A stretch of DNA of 64,000 nt, from positions 1,472,001 through 1,536,000 of the forward strand of contig CAWBEI010000002.1 in assembly GCA_963787835.1 (NCBI GenBank). Direction: 5' to 3'. Below the pieces are notes generated by a model, which had not been told where the DNA came from, did not search any database, and saw only the letters and a list, made by a program, of their open reading frames with translations. Position 1 is the first letter of the stretch. Each line of letters starts with the position of its first letter. Of the stretch, positions 9,495 to 18,551 are shown in pieces. Origin of the DNA: Ignavibacteriota bacterium. Its GTDB lineage: Bacteria; Bacteroidota; Ignavibacteria; Palsa-1295. The position numbers were made by a program, and so were the translations under genes.

Positions 9495-9869
9495 ATGGCC
9501 TATAACGAAGCACTTGCAAACCGACTGCGGAACGCGCTGGCACATCTCAAGAATGTCGAAGAAAAGAAAATGATGGGCGGGCTCACGTTCATGGTCAACG
9601 GAAAAATGTGTGTGGGTATTGTAAAAGAGGATCTGATGGTCCGGCTGGATCCTGCTGTGTATGATGCAGCCCTTATGAAAAAAGGCTGCCGCGAAATGAC
9701 CTTCACCGGAAAACCCATGCAAGGTTATGTGTTCGTAAGCCCGGAGGGAATCATATCCGACCGTGATCTCGATTCCTGGATCAAACTCGCGCTCGATTTC
9801 AACACAAAAGCAAAAGCCGCCACAAAGAAAATGAAAAAAATTAACTCCCCTCCGATGAAGCGAGTGTAA
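9495..9869 (+). CDS. TfoX/Sxy N-terminal domain family protein
   Basis: MAYNEALANRLR..L.....VEEKKMMGGLTFMVNGKMCVG; M.FTGKPM.GYVFV. Confidence 0.85.
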   Translation: MAYNEALANRLRNALAHLKNVEEKKMMGGLTFMVNGKMCVGIVKEDLMVRLDPAVYDAALMKKGCREMTFTGKPMQGYVFVSPEGIISDRDLDSWIKLALDFNTKAKAATKKMKKINSPPMKRV

Positions 9870-9878
9870 AGATTGTTT

Positions 9879-9979
9879 AAACTACCCCTCACCCAGTTTC
9901 GCTGCGCGAACCATCCCTCTCCCCACGAAGTGGGGAGAGGGACATTCCGCCGCAGGCGGAATCGGGTGAGGGGGAGTTT
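9879..9979. repeat. C/G-run compound palindrome, family E (related to D/F)
   Basis: CCCCTCACCC...CCCTCTCCCCAC-GAA-GTGGGGAGAGGG...GGGTGAGGGG. Confidence 0.85.
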
Positions 9980-10083
9980 CACAGGCCCATCGTACCCACC
10001 ACCATCAGCCATATCCTACTTCGCTCCACTGCATAGCACGGGAGCAACGTCAGGAAAATAAAATAGAAATCAGTCACAAACCT

Positions 10084-10503
10084 ATGCCGATCAGCTATCT
10101 TTTTCTTCTTCTCTTCCCATTCGCGCTTGTTACACAGAATTATCAGCTCACGGTAACGGTAACCTCGCTTCATAGCAATGACGGCGTTGTGTTTGTTAGT
10201 CTCTATAACTCGGAAGCGGGGTACCCAACCGATCCCAATAAAGCGATCCGAAAGACGCCGGTGAAGATCAAAAACAAAACGGCGGTAGTGACGTTCGATA
10301 GCCTGCCGCCCGGAGTGTATGCCATCGCATGTTACCACGATGAGGATGGGAACGGAAAACTCAATACAAATTTTCTGGGGATACCGACGGAGGGTGTTGG
10401 CGCCTCCAACGATGCAAAGGGATTTATGGGGCCGCCATCCTTCAAAGATGCAAGTTTCTCACTCCGAGCGAACGCGGCGATCGTGATTCACATGAAGTAT
10501 TAG
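10084..10503 (+). CDS. DUF2141 family protein
   Basis: G.V.VSLYNS..GYP; F..LPPG.YAI..YHDEDGNGKLNTNFLGIPTEGVGASN; GPPSFKDA.F. Confidence 0.88.
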   Translation: MPISYLFLLLFPFALVTQNYQLTVTVTSLHSNDGVVFVSLYNSEAGYPTDPNKAIRKTPVKIKNKTAVVTFDSLPPGVYAIACYHDEDGNGKLNTNFLGIPTEGVGASNDAKGFMGPPSFKDASFSLRANAAIVIHMKY

Positions 10504-10606
10504 TTAAACTTCCCATCCTACGATGCGCGGGGTGGTTTCGATCAGATCTCGAGATATTATTAGTAATTTTGCAGATCAGTTCACCATCAACCAAATAAAG
10601 GGCACT

Positions 10607-11116
10607 ATGAGATCATTAGATATGAAGTCGATCCTGTTGGGAATGCTTTTGATGCTGGGCATCGGTGTGGCATTCGGGCTTTCTAAAAAAACAAATAACG
10701 CAACACCACCGGCCGACACCGCGCCAAAGGTGACGGGAATCGGCGGTGTTTTCTTTTATTCGGACGATCCGAAGAAAACGAACGATTGGTACACCAAAAA
10801 TTTAGGGATCGAGATCAATGAATGGGGTTCTTCGAGCTTTGAATTTAGAAATGTAAATAAACCGGAGGACATTGGCTCGCTTCAATGGAAACCGTTCAAA
10901 AAAGCGGAAGATTATTTCTCCCCATCCAAACGGGATTTTATGATCGACTACCGGGTCCAGAATATGGATGGCCTTGTAAGCAAATTCAAACAGAACGGTG
11001 TAACCATCCTTGACACCGTTGCCACGTACGACTTCGGAAAATTTCTCCACATCATGGACGCCGAAGGCAACAAGATCGAACTATGGGAACCCGTTGACCA
11101 TAAAGCGACCAAGTAA
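10607..11116 (+). CDS. VOC/glyoxalase family protein with N-terminal signal/TM
   Basis: KVTGIGGVFFYSDDP....DWY...LG; FMIDYRV; GKFLHIMDAEGNKIELWEP. Confidence 0.85.
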   Translation: MRSLDMKSILLGMLLMLGIGVAFGLSKKTNNATPPADTAPKVTGIGGVFFYSDDPKKTNDWYTKNLGIEINEWGSSSFEFRNVNKPEDIGSLQWKPFKKAEDYFSPSKRDFMIDYRVQNMDGLVSKFKQNGVTILDTVATYDFGKFLHIMDAEGNKIELWEPVDHKATK

Positions 11117-11139
11117 AAAGCTCCGCCTTCTGTGCTGCA

Positions 11140-11353
11140 GGGCAACCACCCCCCAGCCCCCTCCTATTCCGCTTCGCTGCATAGGATGGGGAGTTCTTGT
11201 ACTCCCCCTCCTACGGAGTAGGAGGGGGCTGGGGGGTGGTCGGCGGGGTTCCACAACACTTAAAATTTACACTCCCCCTCCTATGCAGCTGGCATCGCCC
11301 ACGATGCGCGGAATAGGAGGGGGGGGTGGTTAGCGGGATTGCACCACACTCAC
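11140..11353. repeat. Family D palindromes upstream of the DUF559 gene
   Basis: Perfect 22-bp IR ACCACCCCCCAGCCCCCTCCTA (11145-11166) / TAGGAGGGGGCTGGGGGGTGGT (11219-11240), then a further unit at 11271-11353. Confidence 0.93.
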
Positions 11354-11371
11354 TATTATGTTCTGTGTAAA

Positions 11372-11737
11372 ATGCAAATTCAAAACCATCCCAGCCTGAA
11401 GAAGCGCCGCCGGGAACTCCGGAATCGCCCCACCGATGGCGAGCACTTGCTGTGGTATCAACTGCGCGGCGCAAAACTGGATGGAAGGAAGTTCCGTCGC
11501 CAGCATAGCGTCGGCCTCTACATCCTCGATTTCTATTGCCCGGAAGAGCGCCTCGCGATCGAGCTGGATGGAAACGTCCACGATGAACCCGCACAGCAGG
11601 CGCACGATAAACGCCGAACGGAATATCTGAATGAGAACCGTATCACCGTGCTTCGCTTCCCAAGCGGACAAGCATCGACCAATCCGCAAGCTATCTTAGA
11701 TCAGATTCGGAAGACATGGGCGGGAAGGGAACGATAA
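11372..11737 (+). CDS. DUF559 (Vsr-like, PD-(D/E)XK-type) endonuclease domain protein
   Basis: RRRELRNRPTDGEHLLWYQLR..KLDGRKFRRQHSVG.YILDFYC...RLAIELDG..H......D..RT.YL....I.VLRF. Confidence 0.93.
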   Translation: MQIQNHPSLKKRRRELRNRPTDGEHLLWYQLRGAKLDGRKFRRQHSVGLYILDFYCPEERLAIELDGNVHDEPAQQAHDKRRTEYLNENRITVLRFPSGQASTNPQAILDQIRKTWAGRER

Positions 11738-11751
11738 CTGTTCGCTGCGAG

Positions 11752-11849
11752 GGGCAACCACCCCCCAGCCCCCTCCTATTCGCAAGCTCATCGGAGGGGG
11801 AGTTTACTACTCCCCCTCCTACGGAGTAGGAGGGGGCTGGGGGGTGGTT
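11752..11849. repeat. Family D palindrome downstream of the DUF559 gene (direct copy of 11140-11240)
   Basis: 41 nt at 11808-11848 identical to 11200-11240; same 22-bp terminal IR. Confidence 0.95.
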
Positions 11850-11960
11850 CCCCCGATGCGCGGGGCTCGGTTCATACCCGGAACGAACACCCCTGCTTCG
11901 GCGTATTCGGAAATGAATCAATTTGATATTCGTTCAACATCTAACACTACTTAAGGAACT

Positions 11961-12620
11961 ATGTTCGTTGGTCACTATGGTGTTTCCTATGCAGCGAGGT
12001 CCCTGGCTCCGAGGGTACCGCTTTGGGTCTTGTTCATTGCGACCCAATGGATGGATGTCGTGTGGTCCGTGTTGGTGTTGCTTGGGATCGAAAAGCTGAA
12101 CATCGTTCCCGGCTTCACGGAGGCGAACGCGCTCGACCTGTACTACATGCCCTATACGCATGGGTTGCCGGGGTCGATCGTGGTATCGCTGATCTTCGGC
12201 CTGATCGTCGCACTGTGTGTTTCGGAACGCCGCATGTTCACGCTATTTCTCGTTGCCGGCGTTAGCTTTTCCCATTGGATCCTCGATCTGATCGTGCATG
12301 TCGCCGACCTGCCGCTGTATGATAATTCCGCTAAAGTTGGATTTGGTCTGTGGCGTCATGTTGCTTTGAGTTTTCCGCTCGAGTTGATCGTGCTCGGTCT
12401 CGGCGCATGGATCTATTCGAGACGGATGACATTCACCAGCGCCAAAGGCGGCTATATCTTTTGGGCCTTCGTGATATTTCTCGGTGTAGTCCAGGTGTAC
12501 GCGAACTTCGGCCCGCCGCCCACATCGCCCACGGCCATGGCGATAAGCGCCCTTGTACTCTATGTGTTGCTTGCCTTCCTCGCAGCCTGGACCGAAAAAA
12601 TGGCAACCCGTCCGCACTAA
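11961..12620 (+). CDS. Membrane protein, metal-dependent hydrolase-like
   Basis: MFVGHY, D..W..LV.LG.E, MPYTHGL, SHWILDL.VH..DLPL, multiple TM helices. Confidence 0.75.
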   Translation: MFVGHYGVSYAARSLAPRVPLWVLFIATQWMDVVWSVLVLLGIEKLNIVPGFTEANALDLYYMPYTHGLPGSIVVSLIFGLIVALCVSERRMFTLFLVAGVSFSHWILDLIVHVADLPLYDNSAKVGFGLWRHVALSFPLELIVLGLGAWIYSRRMTFTSAKGGYIFWAFVIFLGVVQVYANFGPPPTSPTAMAISALVLYVLLAFLAAWTEKMATRPH

Positions 12621-12656
12621 CTCCCTCTCCTATGGAGAATAGTATTTTTTTCCGTG

Positions 12657-12745
12657 CTCCCCCTCCTATGAGCTTGCGAATAGGAGGGGGCAAGCATCGC
12701 CCACGATGCGTGGGGGTGGTTGGCGGGATTGCCACGCACTTAAAA
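12657..12745. repeat. Family D palindrome
   Basis: CTCCCCCTCCTATGAGCTTGCGAATAGGAGGGGGCAAGCATCGCCCACGATGCGTGGGGGTGGTT. Confidence 0.9.
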
Positions 12746-12886
12746 CCTAAAACTCCCCACTCACTCCGCGCCCAAACAATGCAGACCCGGAACGAATACC
12801 CCGGTTCCCCTATTTAACGCTGGGCCGCTCAACATTCAAGCATGCGGATGTGGAGAATATGGGAACGAGCGGCGATGTTATTGTAG

Positions 12887-13912
12887 ATGAATGTAGCGCA
12901 AAAAATTAAACTTGACTTAACGGCAGAGATGCAAGCAAAGCCAGAACTGCGCGCGAAGCTCGAAGAGATTCGTAATAAGCAGAAGGTAAAAAGGCCACAC
13001 ACCGTTGCTCAAGTTCACCTTAGACGCTTTACTGGTAGTGATGGAAGACTTTGGGTTCTTGATAAACCCAAGCTTAAAATATTTCCTGCTGGACCGGAGG
13101 CTGTTACAGTTGTAAAAGGTTTTTTTGACACTGAATTTGAAGATCAATTTGAAGATTCCGAACTACCAGCGACCGGCCAATTAATAGAAGAGCTTTTCTG
13201 TGAAATTGAAGCAGAGTATGCGCCAATTTGCGAATCGATTATTCAGCGGGTGCAGAATGGCAACACTGCAGCGTTTAAGAAAGATGAACTATGGAGTCTG
13301 GCCGGATATATTGCAACACAATACATAAGAACGAAAGAGTTCCGAGATTACATGCTTGAGACACATACAACCATGGAGCTCAAAAAAATCCAACTACTAC
13401 ACCCCGAAATAGATGTGACGGATGTAAAATTGGAAATTTCAGATCCAGCAGCTTATCACGTCAAATTAATTGGTGAGTATGGCGTAATTCAAATGCTTCA
13501 TAAAGTGCTAATCGAAAAACATTCTTTGTGTTTGCATCGAACAACGGAACGACACCCATTTTGGACTTCTGACCAAGCAGCAGTAGCAAGTAAAGGCGGG
13601 TTTCTTCGGCGTGGTAATTTTTTCGCTTTTCCGTTGTCCCCTGAACTACTGGTTGCCTTCTATCAATATGGAAGTCACCCGCCAGCTGGTCTTAAAAATG
13701 GTATTTCAACATGGTGCAAACCCGCAAGCGTAAAATTCTTAAATGATCTTCAAGTAAAACGGAGCCACAGACAAGTATATTCAAATCAGAATCGATTCGA
13801 ATCTGCGATTGATCTTTGCGAAAAGATACCTGAACTTCGAAATCCAGACAGACCGCGTGTCAAAGTATCCGAGACTTACGACCGGGTTGGATTTCATTCG
13901 ATTGATTATTAA
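12887..13912 (+). CDS. DUF4238-like protein
   Basis: RPHTVAQVHLRRF near the N-terminus, YIATQYIRT, FWTSDQ, FPLSPELL; AT-richer than neighbours. Confidence 0.7.
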   Translation: MNVAQKIKLDLTAEMQAKPELRAKLEEIRNKQKVKRPHTVAQVHLRRFTGSDGRLWVLDKPKLKIFPAGPEAVTVVKGFFDTEFEDQFEDSELPATGQLIEELFCEIEAEYAPICESIIQRVQNGNTAAFKKDELWSLAGYIATQYIRTKEFRDYMLETHTTMELKKIQLLHPEIDVTDVKLEISDPAAYHVKLIGEYGVIQMLHKVLIEKHSLCLHRTTERHPFWTSDQAAVASKGGFLRRGNFFAFPLSPELLVAFYQYGSHPPAGLKNGISTWCKPASVKFLNDLQVKRSHRQVYSNQNRFESAIDLCEKIPELRNPDRPRVKVSETYDRVGFHSIDY

Positions 13913-13934
13913 CACGAATTACGAGCGAATTTAT

Positions 13935-14157
13935 AGTCGCGGAGCGACGGAGTACTCGCAGCCCAGGGTGCAGCGAGCTTGCGAGCGGAACCCTGGGTTC
14001 GCGATACGTTTTAGGTTTCCATAGTCCTGAAAGGACGGAGTAAATCCTAGGCGGCTAACATCGCCCTTTTCAGGGCTAATAATTTTTCAATTGCAATCCG
14101 ACCCATGGTTCCGTTTCGCTTCACCCTGGGCTGCGAGTACTCCGTGCCTCCGGCACT
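13935..14157. repeat. Large compound palindrome, family I
   Basis: Perfect 24-bp IR ACGGAGTACTCGCAGCCCAGGGTG (13947-13970 / 14122-14145); inner AGTCCTGAAAGGAC / GCCCTTTTCAGGGCT hairpins. Confidence 0.88.
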
Positions 14158-14214
14158 TGGAGCGGTTTCTCTCGTTGCCGAACTTTTCATTCCTAAAACT
14201 CTCTTTAAATCAGC

Positions 14215-14433
14215 ATGAGCACACTTGAACTGATCGAGGGGAAAGCGAAACGTCTTCCTCGTGAATTGCGGGAGGAAGTGGCGGATTTCACGGATTATCT
14301 CTTGCGGAAATTCGAGCAGAACAGCACATTGGACCGTCAATGGTCTTCGGCTTCCATGCAGAATGCCATTCGCGGATTCGAAGACGATCCCGTCACCTAC
14401 ACGAAGAGCGATGTGAAAGCGAACGGTCTATAG
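14215..14433 (+). CDS. DUF2281-like small protein (putative antitoxin, no adjacent toxin)
   Basis: LP.ELREEVADF.DYL..K; S...A.RG.EDDP..Y..SD. Confidence 0.65.
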   Translation: MSTLELIEGKAKRLPRELREEVADFTDYLLRKFEQNSTLDRQWSSASMQNAIRGFEDDPVTYTKSDVKANGL

Positions 14434-14530
14434 TTTTTTGCGAATTGTGTGCCCAAGCGGTTTGTGTCATCCGTCTCCCCACCCGAACATGTCTTCCACC
14501 TTCTGTTGTTTATTCTAACTTTTTAGTATC

Positions 14531-15811
14531 ATGGGACTTTCCTTCGAGCCGGGCAGTACAGATCACACGCAGATCAATGCTATTGTCGAGCATTTGTTCC
14601 GGCATGAGTATGGCAAGCTGGTTTCCACGCTGGTGCGCGCGGTCGGCATTTCGAAATTAGACGATGTGCAGGATGTTGTGCAGGAGTCCCTCATGGCGGC
14701 GATGACCGGCTGGTCCTTCCGTGGCCTGCCTGAAAATCCGACGGGCTGGCTTATTCAGGTCGCGAAGAACAAGATGGTGGACCTCCAGCGCCACGGTTCC
14801 CGTACTTCACAACGGTTCGTGCCGATGATTCCCGGCATCCACGAGGGCGCGTACGTGTTCGATCTCGATAGGCTCGTCGTGCCGTGGGAGATACAAGATT
14901 CCCAGCTTCGTATGATGTTCGCGTGCTGCCATCCCGGTATTCCCGTGCCCTCACAGATCACGCTCACGCTAAAAGCGCTGTGCGGATTCAGCGTCCGTGA
15001 GATCGCCAACGCATTTCTCACGAAAGAAGACACCATTGAAAAACGCTTAGGGCGTGCGCGGAAGTATTTCAGAGATCATAACGTGGAACTCGAAGCGCCC
15101 GCCGGACGCGCATTGAAATCGCGGAGCGGGGCCGTACTTTCTTCGCTGTATCTGCTATTCAACGAAGGCTACAAGCAAACGGAGAGCGATGGCCTCTTCG
15201 ATCGCGACCTGTGCCTGGAAGCGATCCGCCTTGTGCGCATCATGGCCGAGCATCCCGAAGTCCATTCGCCGGAATCGCTTGCGCTGCTCGCGCTGATGAC
15301 GCTCGTTGCCGCGCGCTTCGATACCCGCACCAACGACCGTGGCGATATCGTGCTGCTCTCCGAACAGGATCGTTCCAAATGGAATCGGGAACTCATAGAT
15401 CAGGGTATGGACTATTTCCGCCGCTCCGAGCCGGATATTCACATGTCCCATTATCATCTCGAAGCGGCCATTCAATCGCTTCACGTCATGGCACCCTCGT
15501 TCGATGCAACAGATTGGCCTGCCATTCTTGGATTGTATAAACGGCTGTATGCGATGCGGCCCAGTCCCGTCGTCGCGATGCACATGTCGGTATCGATGGG
15601 TCAGGTACACGGGCCGGATGCAGCCATCGAATTACTTCAGTCGCAGCCGCTCACGAATTATTATCTCTATCACGCACTCTTGGGCGATGCGTATGTAAAA
15701 ACGAACCGCCTCGACGAAGCCGCCGCCGCATTCCGCCGTGCCATCAAGCTTACGATGAATGCCCGCGAAAAAACGCTGCTCGCAGAACGATTGGCGGGGA
15801 TCGTGGCATGA
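14531..15811 (+). CDS. ECF RNA polymerase sigma factor with C-terminal TPR-like extension (ECF42-like)
   Basis: LFRHEYGKLVS.L; DSQLRMMFACCHP; LTLK.LCG.S..EIA.AFL; LYLLFNEGY; L.EQDRSKW; TDW..I..LY. Confidence 0.9.
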   Translation: MGLSFEPGSTDHTQINAIVEHLFRHEYGKLVSTLVRAVGISKLDDVQDVVQESLMAAMTGWSFRGLPENPTGWLIQVAKNKMVDLQRHGSRTSQRFVPMIPGIHEGAYVFDLDRLVVPWEIQDSQLRMMFACCHPGIPVPSQITLTLKALCGFSVREIANAFLTKEDTIEKRLGRARKYFRDHNVELEAPAGRALKSRSGAVLSSLYLLFNEGYKQTESDGLFDRDLCLEAIRLVRIMAEHPEVHSPESLALLALMTLVAARFDTRTNDRGDIVLLSEQDRSKWNRELIDQGMDYFRRSEPDIHMSHYHLEAAIQSLHVMAPSFDATDWPAILGLYKRLYAMRPSPVVAMHMSVSMGQVHGPDAAIELLQSQPLTNYYLYHALLGDAYVKTNRLDEAAAAFRRAIKLTMNAREKTLLAERLAGIVA

Positions 15812-15826
15812 TATTTCTTTTATCCA

Positions 15827-15887
15827 TGTCATCCTTCGACTTCGCAAGACTCCGCTATCGCTACGTCTTGCTCCGCTCAGGATGACA
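15827..15887. repeat. GTCAT-tagged palindrome, family C (half element)
   Basis: TGTCATCCTTCGACTTCGC...CTCCGCTCAGGATGACA. Confidence 0.85.
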
Positions 15888-15930
15888 GTATTAAATTACT
15901 CTTCGCTTCTTCGTCGTAAATTTGTGTCAA

Positions 15931-16935
15931 ATGCGGCGCATATTCATCCTTTTCGTGATCCTTGCCATCCTCCTTGGCACCGTATATTACGTGTTCTTTC
16001 TAAAAAATCCAAAGATCTCCGAGAATGAAGTTGTAATCAGCATCCCGCAAGGCACATCCGTTGCTGCGCTGACGGATACACTTGCGGCGCATCAGCTTAT
16101 TCGTTCGGGCGTTGCGTTTCAGTTCGCGGCGCGCGTGCTCGGTGCGGCAAAGGAGCTTCATGCCGGAAGGTACCGCATTGCGTACGGTCTTTCGAACACA
16201 CAAATTATTCGGCGGCTCACCGGCAGCGAGTACGCCCTAATTCTGCGCGCCACGTTCCCCGAAGGCATTACCATCTATCATGCCGCTTCGATCGCGAAGG
16301 ATAAGCTCGGACTCGATTCCGGAATTTTCATGCGGTTTGCATTTGACACTGCTTTCCTTCATTCCCTCGGAGTTCCTCAGGAAGCGAGATCGGCAGAAGG
16401 ATATTTATTTCCCGATACCTACGAATTTCTCCTCAGTGCCGATCCGAAAGGTTTGCTGACGAAAATGATAAAGCATTGGAAACGCTTGGTGGATGACTCG
16501 CTCTATCAAAATTCCGATGAGGAAGAACTTTCTCTTCAAGAAGTAATGACGCTGGCCTCGATCGTTGAAGCAGAAGCGCACCGTCCCGATGAGCGCGATA
16601 CGATCGCAAGCGTGTATCTCAATCGATTGCGAATAGGCATGAAACTCGATGCCGATCCATCAGTGCAATATGGTTTGCACCTCGATCACGCGATCACGCA
16701 TGACGATCTCCTCACACCCGGCCCCTATAATACCTATATGAATGCGGGACTCCCTCCGGGGCCGATCTGCAATCCCGGTGCGGCGAGCGTCCGCGCCGTG
16801 CTGCATCCGGCAAAAAGCAAGTATCTCTATTTCGTCGCGCGAAGGGATGGCTCCGGCGGCCATTATTTCAGCAAATCCCTGATCGAGCAGGATCGCAAGA
16901 TCAATATGGCGCGAGCAAATGCGGCTCAGGAATAG
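15931..16935 (+). CDS. mltG: Endolytic transglycosylase MltG
   Basis: N-terminal TM, TFPEG, EGYLFPDTY, LASIVEAE, YLNRL..GMKLDADPSVQY, PYNTY.N.GLPPGPI.NPG; TAAATTTG at 15917-15924. Confidence 0.95.
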   Translation: MRRIFILFVILAILLGTVYYVFFLKNPKISENEVVISIPQGTSVAALTDTLAAHQLIRSGVAFQFAARVLGAAKELHAGRYRIAYGLSNTQIIRRLTGSEYALILRATFPEGITIYHAASIAKDKLGLDSGIFMRFAFDTAFLHSLGVPQEARSAEGYLFPDTYEFLLSADPKGLLTKMIKHWKRLVDDSLYQNSDEEELSLQEVMTLASIVEAEAHRPDERDTIASVYLNRLRIGMKLDADPSVQYGLHLDHAITHDDLLTPGPYNTYMNAGLPPGPICNPGAASVRAVLHPAKSKYLYFVARRDGSGGHYFSKSLIEQDRKINMARANAAQE

Positions 16936-16992
16936 AGCAAAGGCTAAAGTAATGGAACGGGTGAAGTTACCCTCCCTGTTAGCGCATCCTTA

Positions 16993-17100
16993 GAACCTGA
17001 GATACGCAAATTCTTGAGATTTACAAATATCCTGAGAATCCATCCGCGTAATCCGGATGATCGATCATCCGCTTTAATCCGCGTAATCCAGGTTCAGATA
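16993..17100. repeat. Family J element with nested palindrome
   Basis: GAACCTG...AATCCGCGTAATCCAGGTTCAGA; contains CGGATGATCGATCATCCG at 17054-17071. Confidence 0.7.
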
Positions 17101-17102
17101 AA

Positions 17103-17179
17103 CGGCGTGTAGCGCAGCCTGGTAGCGCACTACTTTGGGGTAGTAGGGGTCGTGGGTTCAAATCCCGCCACGCCGACCA
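17103..17179 (+). tRNA. tRNA-Pro (GGG)
   Basis: CGGCGTG/CACGCCG acceptor stem, D-arm AGCGCAGCCTGGTAGCGC, anticodon arm CTACT-TTGGGGT-AGTAG, GGTTCAAATCC T-loop, encoded CCA. Confidence 0.97.
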
Positions 17180-17187
17180 ATGAGTTG

Positions 17188-17249
17188 ATAACGGATAGTG
17201 GAAAGTGGATAGTTTTTTTAATCCACTATCCGTTATACACTATCCACTA
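17188..17249. repeat. Inverted 7-nt tandem repeat hairpin between convergent tRNA-Pro and rodA (possible terminator)
   Basis: ATAACGGATAGTGGA (17188-17202) / TCCACTATCCGTTAT (17222-17236), built from GATAGTG/CACTATC units. Confidence 0.7.
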
Positions 17250-18515
17250 AAAAAGCACCTTCCGGTTCCGGTACAAGTTCATCAGAATTCCCGCCATCAG
17301 CAGATTAGTGAGCAGCGCCGAGCCGCCGTAGCTCATGAAGGGAAGCGGAATGCCAATAACGGGCATCAGCCCAAGTGCCATGCCGATATTCACCGTCACA
17401 TGCAGGAACCATATTCCGGCAATGCCTATCGCGACGACGCTCGAAAAGATACTCCGTACGCTCGATGCAATGGCCACTCCTCGGAAGATCACAAACAGAT
17501 AGAGCAGGAGAATTACAACGGCGCCGACAAATCCGAATTCTTCCGAGGGCACACTGATGATAAAATCCGTCCATTGTTTTGGCACATATCGTAGCTGTGT
17601 TTGTGTGCCTTTCAAATAGCCTTTGCCTAAGATGCCTCCGGAACCGATCGCCATGCGCGTTTGGATCACATTATATCCCGCGCCAAGCGGATCGAGCTCC
17701 GGATTGAGCAGCACCTGCACGCGGTTCCGCTGATACTGATGCAAATGCTCGTAAATAAAATTCGTCGAGAAGGCAATAGCGATCACTACTCCGAATGTAA
17801 ATACCGTGAGTACAAGATTTCTTCGGAAGATAAAAAAGAGGATCGCGCCTCCGGCAAGCACGGCAATGACCGTTGGCGTTTGACCGAACAGCGATAGCAC
17901 GGCAACCAGCGCGGGGATCACAACCGCCGCAAGCAGGAACAGATCAACCCCCGACCATAACAACGTAATGACGAGCAATCCCACGAAAATAACGGCGGTT
18001 CCAGGATCGGGTTCCTTCAAAATGAGCGCCGTGGGGATAAAAACGATCGCGCACACAATGAGCACGTTGGAGATCTTTTCCAGATCGCGGCCTTTATTTA
18101 AATAGGCTCCAACGGTGAAGATCGTTGCGAGCTTTGCGATTTCCGATGGCTGGAACTGAAAACTCCCGATCGCGATCCAACTGCGGTGTCCATAAACAAG
18201 TTTTCCTTTAAACGCGACGAATACCAGCAACGCAAGGCTGATGCCATACAATGGGTATGCGATTGCTTGAAACCAACGAACAGGCAGCATTGCCATGACG
18301 ATCATGCCAGCAATGCCTCCGGCGGCAAACAACAATTGCGAGCCAAAGCGGTTGTTCATGTTCGCCGCGTAGGTTGCGCTATAGATCGCAAAAAATCCCG
18401 CCGTGACCAGCAAGAGCACGGAGAGAAATGTCGTAATGTCGAAATTCTTGATCTCCAGTACATCGCGTACTGCGGATGGACTGGAAAAATCGATCTGATT
18501 GCTTTCGATCGGCAT
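17247..18515 (-). CDS. rodA: Rod shape-determining SEDS glycosyltransferase RodA
   Basis: RSWI.IG.FQFQPSE.AK, EPDPGTA, YQRNR, GAGYNVIQ..MAIGSGG..GKG, VP..WTDFI, GIPLPFMSYGGS. Confidence 0.95.
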   Translation of the reverse strand: MPIESNQIDFSSPSAVRDVLEIKNFDITTFLSVLLLVTAGFFAIYSATYAANMNNRFGSQLLFAAGGIAGMIVMAMLPVRWFQAIAYPLYGISLALLVFVAFKGKLVYGHRSWIAIGSFQFQPSEIAKLATIFTVGAYLNKGRDLEKISNVLIVCAIVFIPTALILKEPDPGTAVIFVGLLVITLLWSGVDLFLLAAVVIPALVAVLSLFGQTPTVIAVLAGGAILFFIFRRNLVLTVFTFGVVIAIAFSTNFIYEHLHQYQRNRVQVLLNPELDPLGAGYNVIQTRMAIGSGGILGKGYLKGTQTQLRYVPKQWTDFIISVPSEEFGFVGAVVILLLYLFVIFRGVAIASSVRSIFSSVVAIGIAGIWFLHVTVNIGMALGLMPVIGIPLPFMSYGGSALLTNLLMAGILMNLYRNRKVLF

Positions 18516-18551
18516 AGCGGATCTTAATAATCGGAACTTAATATCCGGTGC

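Noticed and set aside
9173-12817. ORFs and N-terminal extensions reading through repeats (e.g. 9366 start of tfoX, 11010-11333, 11691-11921, 12350-12817)
   Set aside because: Their Pro/Gly-rich translations derive from the palindromes; better starts exist downstream.
8385-14433. Classical integron or CALIN
   Set aside because: No tyrosine integrase is present, and the spacers are C/G-run palindromes without recognisable RYYYAAC...GTTRRRY attC ends.
17103-17250. tRNA-Pro as the integration site of an island
   Set aside because: No integrase and no duplicated tRNA 3' end seen; it is flanked by the core genes mltG and rodA.
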